The notes under the pieces were generated by a model. That model had not been told where the DNA came from. It saw only the letters and a program-made list of their open reading frames with translations, and made no database searches. Of a stretch of DNA of 64,000 nucleotides, positions 10,753 through 22,771 are shown piece by piece. A program made the position numbers and the translations under genes. Source of the stretch: Polyangiales bacterium. Its GTDB lineage: Bacteria > Myxococcota_A > Polyangia > Polyangiales > JADJQN01. Each line of letters opens with the position of its first letter. Within the stretch, counting starts at the first letter, position 1. The DNA lies in NCBI GenBank assembly GCA_964202905.1, contig CAXNJO010000002.1:320001-384000 (forward strand), written 5' to 3'.

Positions 10753-10849
10753 GGACGAAGACTGCCCGAGCATGTGCCCCGCGCGCCAGCCCAAGGCCCC
10801 GTGCGCCGCGTTGCGGCACCGCGACCCGTGCTCTACATCCGCCGCCGCC

Positions 10850-13800
10850 GTGACGATCGCCGCAGACGCCCACGCCTCGGTCCCCTCCACGCTCGAGAGC
10901 GGGCTCGCGCGTCCGGGTGCGTCGCTCGCCGACGTGGCCGCGCGGATCGGGGAGGCCCGCCGCGTCGACCTGAGCGGCCTGCCGCCGAGCGCGTGTGCCC
11001 TGTTGCTCGCGCGGCTCGCGGCGCTCCGCCCCGAGGAGCGTCTGCTCGTGCTCGTCGCCGACAACGACGCGGCGCGGCGGCTCGCCGGGGATCTGCGCTT
11101 CTTCGCCGGCCCCGCGGTCGAGCGCGGCGGCGGCGACCCGGGCGCGGGCGGCGATGCGCCCTCGGACATCCTCGTCTACCCGGCGTCGGACACGTCGCCC
11201 TTCGTCGATGTCGCGCCCGATCGGCGCGCCGCGATGGACCGCCTGTCCACCCTCTTCCACCTCGCGGAAGGGCTGCCCTGGCGCTTCCTCGTGGCCTCCG
11301 CGGCCGCGATCGCGCGACGCGTCCCGCCGAGGCACGCCATCGCCGCACGCTCGCAGGTCGTGCGCGTCGAAGAGGGCCTCGACCGCGCCGCCTTCCTCCG
11401 CCTGCTCGCCGAAGGCGGCTACCTGCGTGTGCCCGTCGTCGAGGACCCGGGCACGTTCGCGGTGCGCGGCGCGATCCTCGACGTCTTCCCGCCGCATGCA
11501 CAGCGGCCAGCGCGGATCGAGCTCGACGACTACCTCGTCATGTCGATCAAGCTCTTCGAGCCCGAAGACCAGCGCACCGTCCGCGACGTGCGCTCCCTCT
11601 TCGTGCACCCGGTGCGCGAGGGCTTGCTCGGCCCCGCGGAGATCGACCTCGCCCGCGAGCAGGTGCGCGCGCTCTGCGAGCAGGTCGATCTGCCCTCGTC
11701 GCGGACGCGGCAGCTCGTCGAGGACCTCGAGAGCGGGCGCGCGTTCTTCGGTATCGAGGGGTTTCTGCCGGCCTTCTACCGCGGCCTCGACACGCTCTTC
11801 GACTACCTCGCGCCGGCGGCGGGCGGCGCGCCCGTGCGGACGGTGGTGCTCGATCCGACGGAGCTCGTGCAGGCGCTCGACGCGCCAGCGGGAACAAGCC
11901 GAGGGGGACCTCGCGTCGCGTCGGGCCGAGCGGGCCCCGGCCTTCCCGCTCGAGGCCCATTTCCTCGACGACGGCGCGATCGCGGCGCAGCTCGAGCGCG
12001 GGCCGCTCGTCGTGGTGCACCGCGTCGCGGTCGGTGGCGCGCTCGGCGCGGAGGAGACCTCGCCGCTCGCGCGCCTCGAGACGGTGCGCGAGGACGCGCT
12101 GCTCCCGGTCGGTGGCGAGGACGTCGCCGGGCTCGCCCTCGAGTTGAAGCTCGCGCGCTCGCGCGGCGGGCGCGACGATCACCTCGCCCCGCTCGCGACG
12201 CGCATGCGCGCGTGGCTCGAGGACGGCCTGCGCGTGCTCGTCAGCGCGCGCACGACGACGCAGGCCGAGCGCCTCGTCTCGCTGCTCCGCGGCTACGACG
12301 TCCCCGTCACGCCGAAGCCCGCGCCGCTCGATCCGCGCACGCTGACGACCCCGCCCCCCGGCCGCGCGGAGGTCGTGATCGGCGCGCTCGGCGGCGGCTT
12401 CGTGCTCCCGCGCGAGGCGCTCGCGGTCGTCACCGAGGAGGAGATCTTCGGCACCCGCGCCGCGCAGCGCGCCGAGCGCGGCGCCAAGAAGCGCAAGAAG
12501 AAGACCGCGGAGCCCTTCCTCGAGGATCTGCGGCAGCTCGCGGCCGGCGACTTCGTCGTGCACGCGGAGCACGGCATCGGCCGCTACCTCGGCCTCGAGC
12601 GCAAGACCACGGGCCGCTCGCGCTTCGACGATCTGCGCGGCCTGCCGTCCGTCGTCGTCGAGGTGCTCGTCGTCGAATACGCCGGCGGGGACAAGCTCTT
12701 CCTCCCGATCACGCGGCTGCACCAGATCCAGAAGTTCCGCGGCGGCGAGGGCGCCGCGCCGAAGCTCGACCGCCTCGGCGGACAGACCTTCGCGAAGTCC
12801 AAGCAGCGCGTGCGCAAGGCCGTGCAGCAGCTCGCCGACGAGCTGCTCCGGCTCTACGCCGCGCGCGCAGCGAGCAAGCGTCCCTCGCTCCCGCCGCCCG
12901 AGCGCGCGTTCGCGGAATTCGAGGCGACCTTCCCGTTCGACGAGACGGTCGATCAGGCGCGCGCCATCGAGGAGGTCCTCTCCGACCTCGAGCGCGGGCA
13001 GCCGATGGATCGCATCGTCTGCGGCGACGTCGGCTTCGGCAAGACGGAGGTCGCGATCCGCGCGGCCTTCCGCGTCGCGATGACGGGCCGGCAGGTCGCC
13101 GTGCTCTGCCCGACCACCGTCCTCGCGCAGCAGCACTTCCGCACCTTCCAGGAGCGCATGCGCGAATGGCCCGTCCGCGTCGAGGTGCTCTCGCGCTTCG
13201 TCGAGAAGGAGGACCAGACGACGACGCTGCAAGGCGTGAAGGACGGCCGCGTCGACGTCGTGATCGGCACGCACCGCCTGCTCTCGAAGGACGTGCACTT
13301 CAAGCAGCTCGGCCTCGTCGTCATCGACGAGGAGCAGCGCTTCGGCGTCACGCACAAGGAGCGGCTGAAGAAGCTGAAGACCGACGTCGACGTGCTCACG
13401 CTCTCGGCGACGCCCATCCCGCGCACGCTCCAGCTCGCGGTCGGCGGGCTGCGCGACCTCTCGCTCATCACCACCCCACCCGCCGATCGCCGCGCGATCC
13501 GCACGTACGTCACGCGCTGGGACGATCACCTGCTGAAGGAGGCCATCGAGCGCGAGATCAAGCGCGGCGGCCAGGTCTTCTTCGTCTACAACCGCGTCGA
13601 TGGCCTGTACGAGCGCGCCGCGAAACTGCAGCAGCTCGTCCCGAGCCTGCGCATCGCGGTCGGGCACGGCCAGATGGCCGAAGGCGCGCTCGAGAAGGTG
13701 ATGACGGACTTCGTCGAGGGGCGCTACGACATGCTCTGCGCCACCACCATCATCGAGAGTGGTCTCGACATCCCGCGCGCGAACACGATGATCATCGACC

Positions 13801-14579
13801 GCGCGGATACCTTCGGCCTCGCGCAGCTCTACCAACTCCGCGGGCGCGTCGGCCGCTCGCGCGAGCGCGCGTTCTGCTACCTCGTCTCACCCCCGCCCTC
13901 GACGATGACGGACGAGGCCCGCGCGCGCATCGAGGCGCTCGAGCGCTTCACCGAGCTCGGCTCCGGCTTCCAGGTCGCGTCGCTCGACATGGAGCTGCGC
14001 GGCGCCGGCGACCTGCTCGGCGCCGAACAGAGCGGCAGCGTCGCGGCCGTCGGCTTCGACATGTTCGTGCACCTGCTCGAGGAGGCCGTCGCGGAGCTGC
14101 GCGGCGAGCCGCTCGTGCACGACGTCGACACGGAGCTGACGCTCGACGTCGAGCAGTACCTCCCCGGCGACTACGTCGAGGACGTCGGGCTGCGCCTCTC
14201 GCTCTACAAGCGGCTCTCCGGCGCGGAGGACGAGCAGGACGTGCAGGAGCTGGCGCAGGAGCTCGAGGACCGCTTCGGCCCGCCCCCGCCCCCGGCGCTC
14301 GCGCTGCTCCGCGCGATGGCGCTGCGTCCGCGTCTGCGCGCGTGGAAGGTGCTCGGCTGCGAGGCGAACGCCGACCGCGTCACGCTGCACCTGCGCGAGG
14401 ACACCCCGCTCGACCCGGCGAAGGTGATGCGGCTCGTCGCGCAGCCGCAGAGCCCGTGGAAGCTCACGCCCGACATGAAGCTCACGCGCCGCTTCTCCGC
14501 GCAGGAGCCCGGCGACGCGATCGAGCACGCGGGCGATGTGCTGCGCGCGCTCTCCGCAGCGCTCAAGGACGACGCCTAG
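10850..14579 (+). CDS. mfd: Transcription-repair coupling factor Mfd, split by an apparent frameshift near 11885
   Basis: N-terminal UvrB-like part (GTFAVRGAILDVFP) in the 10400 frame; RID, CGDVGFGKTEVA, DEEQRFGV, SATPIPRTL, QLRGRVGRS and TRCF domain in the 10995 frame. Confidence 0.93.
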
Positions 14580-15114
14580 CCGACGCGCCCGGGCCCCGTG
14601 AGCGCGAGCGCGTCGGCTGCGCCACGCGCGGCGCTACATCGGGGCGGGAGGCGGAGTGCGGCGGAGTCATCCCGCCGCCCATGTCGATGCAGCTGACGGC
14701 CTGCAAACAGCCGACGATCTTCGGCATCGGCGGGTCGCCCTCCGAGGCGCAGCCCGCCGTCGTGCACGCCGAGATCGCGGCGAACTCGGCCGGGCTGCAA
14801 TCGGCGAGGTCCGGTGCACAGCCCATCGCGCACTCGGGTCCCGCCGGTTCCATGGAGCAGGCGCTGAGCGCGTCGCACGCGGCGGTGCAGATCGCAGCGA
14901 TGTCGCGCGTTCCGCCGGCATCCGTCCCGCTGCCGCCGAGGTCCGGGGCCGGACCGCCGCCGAGGTCGACCGGGGGCGGCACGTTCATGTCCGCCGGGGA
15001 ATCCGCGTCGGGCAGGCCCATCGTCCCCAGGTCGATCGCCCGCCTGTCGTCGTCACCGCATCCGCCCGCGCCGAGCGCGAGCAGGAGCGCCAATCCAAGG
15101 AGTGTCTTGCGCAT
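14563..15114 (-). CDS. Small Cys-rich lipoprotein
   Basis: MRKTLLGLALLLALGAGGC lipobox, DLG/DAG linker, about 10 Cys in the C-terminal domain; 3' end uncertain. Confidence 0.7.
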   Translation of the reverse strand: MRKTLLGLALLLALGAGGCGDDDRRAIDLGTMGLPDADSPADMNVPPPVDLGGGPAPDLGGSGTDAGGTRDIAAICTAACDALSACSMEPAGPECAMGCAPDLADCSPAEFAAISACTTAGCASEGDPPMPKIVGCLQAVSCIDMGGGMTPPHSASRPDVAPRVAQPTRSRSRGPGASARRRP

Positions 15115-15198
15115 GGTCACCTCTCAGCCCGACCGATACGGCCGGGGGCCGGTAGTGTGGTCGCTGCGCCCGCCCTGTCAAAGTCGGGGCTTCGCGCG

Positions 15199-16017
15199 TC
15201 ACGCCGGCGCGCGGCGCGCGCGGAGAAACAGCGCGTCACGCTCGGCCTGCGGGATCGGCCAGCGCGTCTCGCCGACGCGCGCGCAGGCGGCGCGCAGGCG
15301 CAGCGCCTCGTGGCGGTGGAAGCGCTCGAGCGCGTCGAGATCGGCCTGCACCGCGGCGGCGTCGCGGCGCGCGCGGGGCTTGTCGAGCAGCGCGACGGCG
15401 AGCGCGGAGAGCGCGGCGCGCGAGTCGCCGCGGAGGAACGACGTCCACTGCGCCTCCCAGTCGGGCGCCAGCCTGCGCACGGCGAAGCTCCACGTCCGCG
15501 CCCCGCGCGCGCGGACCGCGGCGCGCTCGCGGTGCCCGAGCCGCCCGACGAGACGCACGAGCGCGAAGAAGGCCTCGCCCGCGATCTCGCGCGACCGGTA
15601 CGCCCCGTGCCACGCGAGGTCGGGGCGCTCGCCGGGGGCCGTGGAGAAGGCGAAGAGCGCCTCGCCGCGCGCGCCCTTGCCCAGACCGATCGACGGGTAG
15701 AGGAAGGAGAACGCGCCCGCGACGTTCCAGCGCGGGCGCAGCGCCGCGATGAGCGCGGCCTCGCGCAGCTCCGCCTCGAGCTCGGTCGCGCACGCCTCGA
15801 ACGTCACGCTCGCCGCCGTCTGGATGATCTCGCGCATCTTCCGGTGCTTCTTGCGCCGCGTCGCGTGCCGGTACTGCGAGAGCCGGCGCCGCAGGTTGAC
15901 GGCCTTGCCGACGTAGACGACCGAGCCGCCCGCATCGAGCACGCTGTACACGCCGGGGACCCGCGGCACCGTCGCGAGGAAGTCCTCGCCGAGGCGCCGA
16001 TCGAACGCGCGCGTCAT
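15199..16017 (-). CDS. GIY-YIG nuclease (UvrC N-terminal/Cho-like)
   Basis: PGVYSV...VVYVGKAVNLRRRLSQY and ELEAELREAALIAALRPRWN. Confidence 0.85.
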   Translation of the reverse strand: MTRAFDRRLGEDFLATVPRVPGVYSVLDAGGSVVYVGKAVNLRRRLSQYRHATRRKKHRKMREIIQTAASVTFEACATELEAELREAALIAALRPRWNVAGAFSFLYPSIGLGKGARGEALFAFSTAPGERPDLAWHGAYRSREIAGEAFFALVRLVGRLGHRERAAVRARGARTWSFAVRRLAPDWEAQWTSFLRGDSRAALSALAVALLDKPRARRDAAAVQADLDALERFHRHEALRLRAACARVGETRWPIPQAERDALFLRARRAPA

Positions 16018-17513
16018 CGCGGCGGCGCGGACGCGGGCCCGCGCGGGCGCCCGACGCCACGCGCGGCGCGCTGCGCCTCGTAGGCCGCGATGCGGTCCTT
16101 CGGGTCGTTGGAGGCGGCGCCCGGCGCCCCCGACGCGCCCGCGAACGTCGCGTAGCCGAGCGCGCCGAGCCTGGCGCGCGACGCCTCGGGCGGCTCGGCC
16201 GGGGGCCCGGCGACGCGTCGCGCGGCGAACCCCGTGAGCGCCGCCGACAGCGCGGCCGCGAGGTCGTGTGCAGCCTCGGGGCGTGTCGCGAGGAGATCGG
16301 CGCGCTCGCCCGGATCCATCGCGAGATCATAGAGTTCCGGGCGCGGCGCCTCGATGTAGACGAGCGTCCCGCGCTGCAACGCGTAGAGCGGCGCCCAGCC
16401 GAGCAGGCGCCCTGGATAGACCGACTGCGCGACCAGATCGCGCGCGTCCGGCGGCGCGAGGAGCGGCACGCCATCGCCCTCGCGCGGCGGCAGCCCGCAG
16501 AGCGCCCGCAGCGTGGGCGCCACGTCCGCGAGCGTGACGGGCGCAACGACGAGGCGCCCGCCAGCGAGCTCCGGCGTCGCGTGCACCGCGAGCGGGACGC
16601 GGATGGCCTCGTCGTAGAGGAACACGCCGTGCTCGCGCTCGCCGTGATCGCCGAGCCCTTCGCCGTGATCGCCCGCGACGACGACGACGAGCCGCTCGGC
16701 GACGCCGCGCGTGCCGAGGCCCTCGAGCAACGCACCGAGCGCCGCGTCCACCGCGGCGAGCTCCGCATCGTACGGATCGAGGTCGTGCGCGCTGCCCGCC
16801 GGCGCGACGTGCGGCGCGTGCGGCTCCATGAAGTGCACCCAGAGGAAGAACGGCGCGCCGGCGAGACCGTCGACCCACGCGAGCGCCTGCGCGACCCGCT
16901 CGCTCGCGGGCAGTTCGAGCACGTCGCGCCCGGGCGCATCGTAGACGTCGAAGCCACGCAGCCCGGCGCTCTCCAGCGCGAGCACGCCCGAGGCCACGAA
17001 CGCGGCCGTGCGCGCACCGGATGCGCGGAAATCTTCGGCGAGCTGCGCGGGCGGCGTCGCGCCCTCGCGCGGGGGAGGCGGTGGCGCGTTGACCTCTGCG
17101 CCGTGCACCGCCGGATGCAGCCCGGTGAAGAGCGTCGTGTGGGCGGGGACCGTGAGCGGCGTCGGCGTCGTCGCCCGCTCGAAGCGCACCCCGCGCGACG
17201 CGAGCGCGTCGAAGGCCGGCGTCCGCGCCCCGGCGCGCCCGTACGCGCCGAAGCGATCGGCGCGCGCGGTGTCGATCGTCACGACGAGCGCGCTGCGCGG
17301 CGCGGCCGCGCTCTCCGTGCCGCGCGCGGGCGTGACCGAGGGCGCATTCGCGGACGCGGCTTGCGGACCCTCCACGGAGCCCGGACGGGGCCGCACGCTG
17401 CGCGCACGCGGCGCGGCCGGGCGCGGCTCACACGCGAGAAGAGACGCGCAGGCGAGCGCGACGAGCGCGCGCGCGGACGAGACGCCACGCACGAGCCGCG
17501 TCGGCGCGCTCAC
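16014..17513 (-). CDS. Sulfatase/alkaline-phosphatase superfamily lipoprotein
   Basis: LLAC lipobox; VVTIDTARAD, PLTVPAHTTLFTG, WVHFMEPHAP, GDHGEGLGDHGEREHG and ELYDL motifs; GTG overlaps the DUF420 stop. Confidence 0.85.
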   Translation of the reverse strand: MSAPTRLVRGVSSARALVALACASLLACEPRPAAPRARSVRPRPGSVEGPQAASANAPSVTPARGTESAAAPRSALVVTIDTARADRFGAYGRAGARTPAFDALASRGVRFERATTPTPLTVPAHTTLFTGLHPAVHGAEVNAPPPPPREGATPPAQLAEDFRASGARTAAFVASGVLALESAGLRGFDVYDAPGRDVLELPASERVAQALAWVDGLAGAPFFLWVHFMEPHAPHVAPAGSAHDLDPYDAELAAVDAALGALLEGLGTRGVAERLVVVVAGDHGEGLGDHGEREHGVFLYDEAIRVPLAVHATPELAGGRLVVAPVTLADVAPTLRALCGLPPREGDGVPLLAPPDARDLVAQSVYPGRLLGWAPLYALQRGTLVYIEAPRPELYDLAMDPGERADLLATRPEAAHDLAAALSAALTGFAARRVAGPPAEPPEASRARLGALGYATFAGASGAPGAASNDPKDRIAAYEAQRAARGVGRPRGPASAPPR

Positions 17514-18071
17514 CCCGTCGCGCTCCGCAACATCGCGTACACGAGCACCCCGGTCACCGAGACGTAGACCCAGATCGGCGCGAGCACGCGCGTGATGCGC
17601 CGGTGCGTCGCGAAGCGCCCGCGGTACGCGAACCAGAACGCGAGCAGCGCGAGCGGCACGACCGGCAGCGAGAGCAGCACGTGGCTCGCGAGCAGCGCGA
17701 GATACGCGAGGCGCAGCGCGCCATCGCCCGGGTACCGCGTATCGCCGTGGACGTAGTGATAGACGAGGTACGAGACGAGGAAGAGCGCCGAGACGACGAA
17801 GGCCGAGACCATCAAGCGTTGGTGCACCACGCGATTCTTCCGGCGGATCGCGACCCACCCCGCGACGAGCAGCGCGGCCGAGGTCGCGTTGAGGCTCGCG
17901 TTCACGGCCGGCAAGAAGCCCACGTCGAGCGTGCTGCCTCCACCGTCGCGCACCAGCAGCAGCCAGCCGATGATCGCGACCGCGACGGCCGAGAACACCA
18001 GCGCGAAGATCGTGAACGCGCGGTCGACGCGCGCGGGGGAGCCTGTCGGAGGGGACGTATTCGGGCGACAC
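17510..18071 (-). CDS. DUF420 family membrane protein (start probably frameshifted)
   Basis: LPAVNASLN, HQRLM, FLVSYLVYH, LASHVLL and WVYVSVTGVLVY; no in-frame start nearby, GTG 18071 lies in an adjacent frame. Confidence 0.8.
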
Positions 18072-18114
18072 GCGCGAGATATAGCAGCCGCAGGCCCGCA
18101 CCGCGGCTGCGGCG

Positions 18115-18759
18115 CTACGGCGCCCCCGACATCGCCTCTTCGAGCCGCCCGATCGCGTAGAGGAAGCGCCCCACGATGACGTCGAGGGCCTGCGCGTTCT
18201 CGCCGCCCTCGGGGATGACGAGGTGCGCGTGCTCCTTGCTCGGCGCGACGTGGCGGCGGTGCATCGGGCGCACCGTGCGCTGGTATTGCGCCGACACCGA
18301 CGCGAGGTCGCGCCCCCGCTCGAGCACGTCGCGCCCGAGGCGGCGGAGCAGGCGGATGTCGTCGTCGGTGTCGACGAAGAGGCGCAGATCGAGCAGCTCG
18401 CGGATCGCCGGCACCGCGAAGATGAGGATGCCCTCGACGATGACGACCGCGCGCGGCTCGACGCGGCGCGTCTCCGGGCGGCGCGTGTGCGTGGCGAAGT
18501 CGTACTGCGGGCAGTCGACGGCGTTGCCCGACTTCAGCTCGCCGAGGTGTTGCGCGAGCAGCGTGTTCTCGAGCGCGTCGGGCTCGTCGAAGTTGAGCTT
18601 CGCGCGGTCGGCGAGCGCGAGGCGCGGATGGTCGCGGTAATACCAGTCGTGCTGGACGAGCGTCGCGTGCTCGCGCGGCAGCCCCTCGACGATGCGCCGC
18701 GCGACCGTGGTCTTGCCGCTGCCGGTCCCACCGGCGATTCCGATCAGCACGGGAGTCAT
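18115..18759 (-). CDS. udk: Uridine kinase
   Basis: [33 protein letters not shown] and RDVLERGR. Confidence 0.93.
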   Translation of the reverse strand: MTPVLIGIAGGTGSGKTTVARRIVEGLPREHATLVQHDWYYRDHPRLALADRAKLNFDEPDALENTLLAQHLGELKSGNAVDCPQYDFATHTRRPETRRVEPRAVVIVEGILIFAVPAIRELLDLRLFVDTDDDIRLLRRLGRDVLERGRDLASVSAQYQRTVRPMHRRHVAPSKEHAHLVIPEGGENAQALDVIVGRFLYAIGRLEEAMSGAP

Positions 18760-18799
18760 CGTTCGGCGTATACCTACGCGCCGCGAGGAGATCCAGACG

Positions 18800-19433
<634 letters not shown>

Positions 19434-19444
19434 GTCGACGCGCC

Positions 19445-20449
19445 GTGCACGTGCTCGTCGTCGGCGGCACGCGCTTCGTGGGCGCGCTCACCGTGTGGCG
19501 GCTCCTCGCGCGCGGCGAGCGCGTCACGCTGCTGACGCGCGGCCTCACGCGGGACGACTTCGGCGACCGCGTCGAGCGGCTCGTCGCGGACCGCACCTCG
19601 GCTGGCTTCGGCGCGGCGCTCGCTGGCCGTCGCTTCGACGCGGTGATCGACTTCGTCGCGTTCACGGGGGACGACACGCGCGGCGTGATCGACGCGCTCG
19701 GCGCGCGCGCGGGGCACTACGTGCTCGTCTCGACGGGGCAGGTCTACCTCGTGCGCGAAGGCGTGCGCGGCGCGGACGGGCGCGCGCGGCGCGCGACGGA
19801 GGACGACTACGACGGCCCGCTCATCGCGCGGCCCGAGGCGACGGCGGACGCCGTCGAGTGGGACTACGGCGTCGGCAAGCGCGCCGCCGAGGATGCGCTC
19901 GTCGAGGCGGGCACGCGCTTCCCCGCGACGCGCGTGCGGCTCCCGATGGTGCACGGCCCGCGCGACCCCTACCGACGCCTCGAGGGATACCTCGCGCGGA
20001 TGCTCGACGGCGGGCCGGTGCTCGTCCCGGACGGCGGCGCCGCGATCGCGCGGCACGTGTTCGCGCAGGACGTCGCCGAGACGCTCTGCGCGCTGCTCGG
20101 CGACGCGCGCACCGCCGGCCGCGCGTACAACGTCGCGCAGGCCGAGACGCCCACGGTGTGGGAGCTCGTCGGCCGCCTCGCGCAACGGCTCGGCGCGCCC
20201 GATCGCCGCGTCGCGCTCCCCGCCGAGCGCCTCGGCGCGATCCCGCCGACGGCCGTGTCGCCGCTCTCGGGGCGCTGGATGTCCTTGCTCGATCCCGCGC
20301 GCGCCGTGGCGGAGCTCGGCCTGCGCCACCGCCCGCTCGACGCATGGCTCGACGCGACCATCGCGGGCTGGCTCGCCGCGCCGCCCGCCGCGCCGCCCGA
20401 AAGTTATCTCGCGCACCGCGCGCGCGAGCGCGACCTCGCGCGGGGCTGA
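19445..20449 (+). CDS. NAD-dependent epimerase/dehydratase (atypical SDR)
   Basis: [11 protein letters not shown] and YGVGK motifs. Confidence 0.82.
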   Translation: MHVLVVGGTRFVGALTVWRLLARGERVTLLTRGLTRDDFGDRVERLVADRTSAGFGAALAGRRFDAVIDFVAFTGDDTRGVIDALGARAGHYVLVSTGQVYLVREGVRGADGRARRATEDDYDGPLIARPEATADAVEWDYGVGKRAAEDALVEAGTRFPATRVRLPMVHGPRDPYRRLEGYLARMLDGGPVLVPDGGAAIARHVFAQDVAETLCALLGDARTAGRAYNVAQAETPTVWELVGRLAQRLGAPDRRVALPAERLGAIPPTAVSPLSGRWMSLLDPARAVAELGLRHRPLDAWLDATIAGWLAAPPAAPPESYLAHRARERDLARG

Positions 20450-20522
20450 AGCGCAGCCCGCGCCGCCACGCGCGCCCTGCCCGGCGGTGCGCGTCCGACG
20501 ACGCGACGCGCGCTCCGGTGGC

Positions 20523-21068
20523 TCACCAGCCGAGGCCCGCGAGCGCGAGCCGCGCGCGCATGCCGAGCGTCGTCGTGTATCCCACCTCCACGTGGCGGAT
20601 GGTGCCGTCGCCGTCGAGGAAGAACGTCGTCGGATACCCCGTGACGCCCCAGGCCCGCGCGCTCGCCGAGGCCTCGTCGACGAGGATGGGCGCGTGCAGC
20701 CCCTCGGCGGCGGCGTAGCGGGCGACCTCGGCCGCGCTCCCCGAGGCGCTCGCGACCGTGAGCACGCGACCGCCGCGCGCGAGCGACTCGACGTTGTCCG
20801 CCTCCATCGCGCAGACCCCGCACCAGGTCGCCCAGAAATGCACGGCGACCGGCCCGCCCCGCAGCGCGGCGAGGTCGATGGTCGCGCCCGTGGGCGTGCG
20901 GCCATGGAGCGGCGGCGCGGCACCGCGGACGACGTCGCGCGTCTGCCACGCGCGAACACCGGCCAGCACGCCGAACACGACGACCCAGTGAAACACCTCC
21001 CGCCAGCGCGCGGGATTGCGCGCGAACCATGACGTCGACGCGGTCGTCTGCGGGTTCTCCGGGCTCAC
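20523..21068 (-). CDS. TlpA/redoxin-family membrane-anchored thiol-disulfide oxidoreductase
   Basis: N-terminal TM, HFWATWCGVC (CxxC) and GYPTTFFLD. Confidence 0.88.
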   Translation of the reverse strand: MSPENPQTTASTSWFARNPARWREVFHWVVVFGVLAGVRAWQTRDVVRGAAPPLHGRTPTGATIDLAALRGGPVAVHFWATWCGVCAMEADNVESLARGGRVLTVASASGSAAEVARYAAAEGLHAPILVDEASASARAWGVTGYPTTFFLDGDGTIRHVEVGYTTTLGMRARLALAGLGW

Positions 21069-21166
21069 CGCGCGGAGCCTGCCGCGGCGGTCGGCCCGGC
21101 GCATCCCGGCGCGGGTGGCCGAGCCCGGTCTTGACGCCGCAAGCGCGGCCTGCGAAGACCGCCGCC

Positions 21167-21817
21167 ATGAGACCCGAGCAGCTCCTCGAATCGATCTTCC
21201 GTGCCGAGCGCGATCTCCGTGACGCCGAGGCCCGCCTCCTCGATGCCCGCGACAAGAACGCCCTCGCGAACCTGCTCGCCCGCGCGACGAGCGAGGCGCT
21301 CGCGCTCCGCGACCGCGACGAGGGCGCGCTGCGGCTCGGCCGCCTCGCGGACCTCTGCGCGCAGGTCCCCGGCCCGCAGATGGTCGACACGCTCATCACG
21401 ATGCTCGACGACGAGGACGAGTCGGTGCGCGTGCAGGCCGGCGAGGCGCTGCTCGACGTCGGCTACGACCGCTACGCCGAGGTCGCGCGGGGCATCGAGC
21501 GGGCGCTCGATCGCAAGCACACGGGCATCGCGATGACCGAGCTGCCCTGGATCCTCTCGGAGATCGGCGAGCCGAGCGCGCTCGGGCTCGTCCGCCGTTT
21601 CCTCGCGAGCGAGGACGGCGAGATCTGCGCGAGCGCCCTCGAGGCGCTCGTCTCGCTCGGCGATCCGGCCGGCGCCGATGCGCTCGACGGACTCGTCGAC
21701 GACCCGCGCGAGGTGACCGTCGATGGCGACGACGACGAGAGCGACGGCCTCCGCACGACGATCGGACAACTCGCCCGCGAGGCGATCGCCGAGCTCCGCG
21801 GCGGTGACGAGGACTGA
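21167..21817 (+). CDS. HEAT-repeat protein
   Basis: Repeated LDDEDESVRVQAGEAL / LASEDGEICASALEAL helical units. Confidence 0.75.
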   Translation: MRPEQLLESIFRAERDLRDAEARLLDARDKNALANLLARATSEALALRDRDEGALRLGRLADLCAQVPGPQMVDTLITMLDDEDESVRVQAGEALLDVGYDRYAEVARGIERALDRKHTGIAMTELPWILSEIGEPSALGLVRRFLASEDGEICASALEALVSLGDPAGADALDGLVDDPREVTVDGDDDESDGLRTTIGQLAREAIAELRGGDED

Positions 21818-21925
21818 GCCCGTCGCGCGCCCGGCGCGCGGCCACGAAGACGCAGCGCGCGGGCCCCACCGGTCCGCGGCGCTCCGGCGTGGCGTGCGCG
21901 GCGTCCGCACCGTGACGGAGTCGCG

Positions 21926-22753
21926 ATGAGCGAGTCGCGCAAGCCGTCCGCCGCGATCTCGGCGGACGACGCGCTCCTCTACGACGCCGCCGTCGTCCCG
22001 CGCTACAGCGGGCTTTTCGCGCAGCTCATCGTGGACGAGATCCCCGCGGGGACGCGCGGCACCCTGCTCGACGTCGCCTGCGCGACGGGCACGCCGTCGC
22101 TCGCGATCCTCCGCCGCCTCGGCGAGGGGGGGCGCGTCATCGCCGTCGATCGCGAGCCCGCACTGGTCGACCTCGCACGGCGCCGCGCGCACGCAGGCGA
22201 GGACGCGCGCCGCATCTTCTTCAAGGTCGAGGCGCCCGACGCGCTGCACTTCGGCGACGAAGTCTTCGACGTCGTCCTCGGCAACCTCGTGCTCGGCACG
22301 GCCGACACGCCATCGACCCTCGCCGAGCTTCGCCGTGTGCTCGTCCCGGAGGGGCGCGCGCTGCTCACGCAGGCGCTCGCCGGCAGCTTCGAGGAGGTCT
22401 TCGACCTGCTCCGCGAGATCGCCGCGAAAAACGAGCTCCCGCGCCTCGCCGAGCGCACCGACGCGGCCGCCCGGCGCTACCCGCGACCGCACGAGCTCGG
22501 ACGCCTCGCGGAGGCGGCGGGCTTCCACGACGTCCGCCTGCGCGAGGAGGCGTTCCGGCTCTCGTTTCGCAGCGCACGCGACCTGTTCTCGGACCCGCTG
22601 ACCCGCTTCGTGGGCCTCCCCGAGTGGCGTGCGATCGCGGGCGACGAGCGCATCCTCGAGCAGCTCGAGCGCACGTTCGACACGTACTTCGCCGGGGGCC
22701 CGCTGTCGCTCAGCGTGCGCGCGGGGCTCCTCGCCGCGCGGCGGGCGGGCTGA
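21926..22753 (+). CDS. Class I SAM-dependent methyltransferase-like protein
   Basis: LLDVACATG, VIAVD, FDVV and ELRRVLVPEG. Confidence 0.82.
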   Translation: MSESRKPSAAISADDALLYDAAVVPRYSGLFAQLIVDEIPAGTRGTLLDVACATGTPSLAILRRLGEGGRVIAVDREPALVDLARRRAHAGEDARRIFFKVEAPDALHFGDEVFDVVLGNLVLGTADTPSTLAELRRVLVPEGRALLTQALAGSFEEVFDLLREIAAKNELPRLAERTDAAARRYPRPHELGRLAEAAGFHDVRLREEAFRLSFRSARDLFSDPLTRFVGLPEWRAIAGDERILEQLERTFDTYFAGGPLSLSVRAGLLAARRAG

Positions 22754-22771
22754 GCGCGGGCGCCTCGGCCG

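Noticed and set aside
11870..11900. Programmed ribosomal frameshift in mfd
   Set aside because: No slippery heptamer is evident, and similar breaks occur in many unrelated genes in the window.
10400..15700. 1766-aa giant ORF
   Set aside because: Only the part up to about 11885 is real (Mfd N-terminus). The rest is Arg/Ala-rich off-frame read-through typical of high-GC DNA.
15199..16017. Homing endonuclease or mobile element
   Set aside because: The sequence resembles the UvrC N-terminal GIY-YIG type, sits in an operon with host-like composition, and has no intron, intein or terminal repeats.
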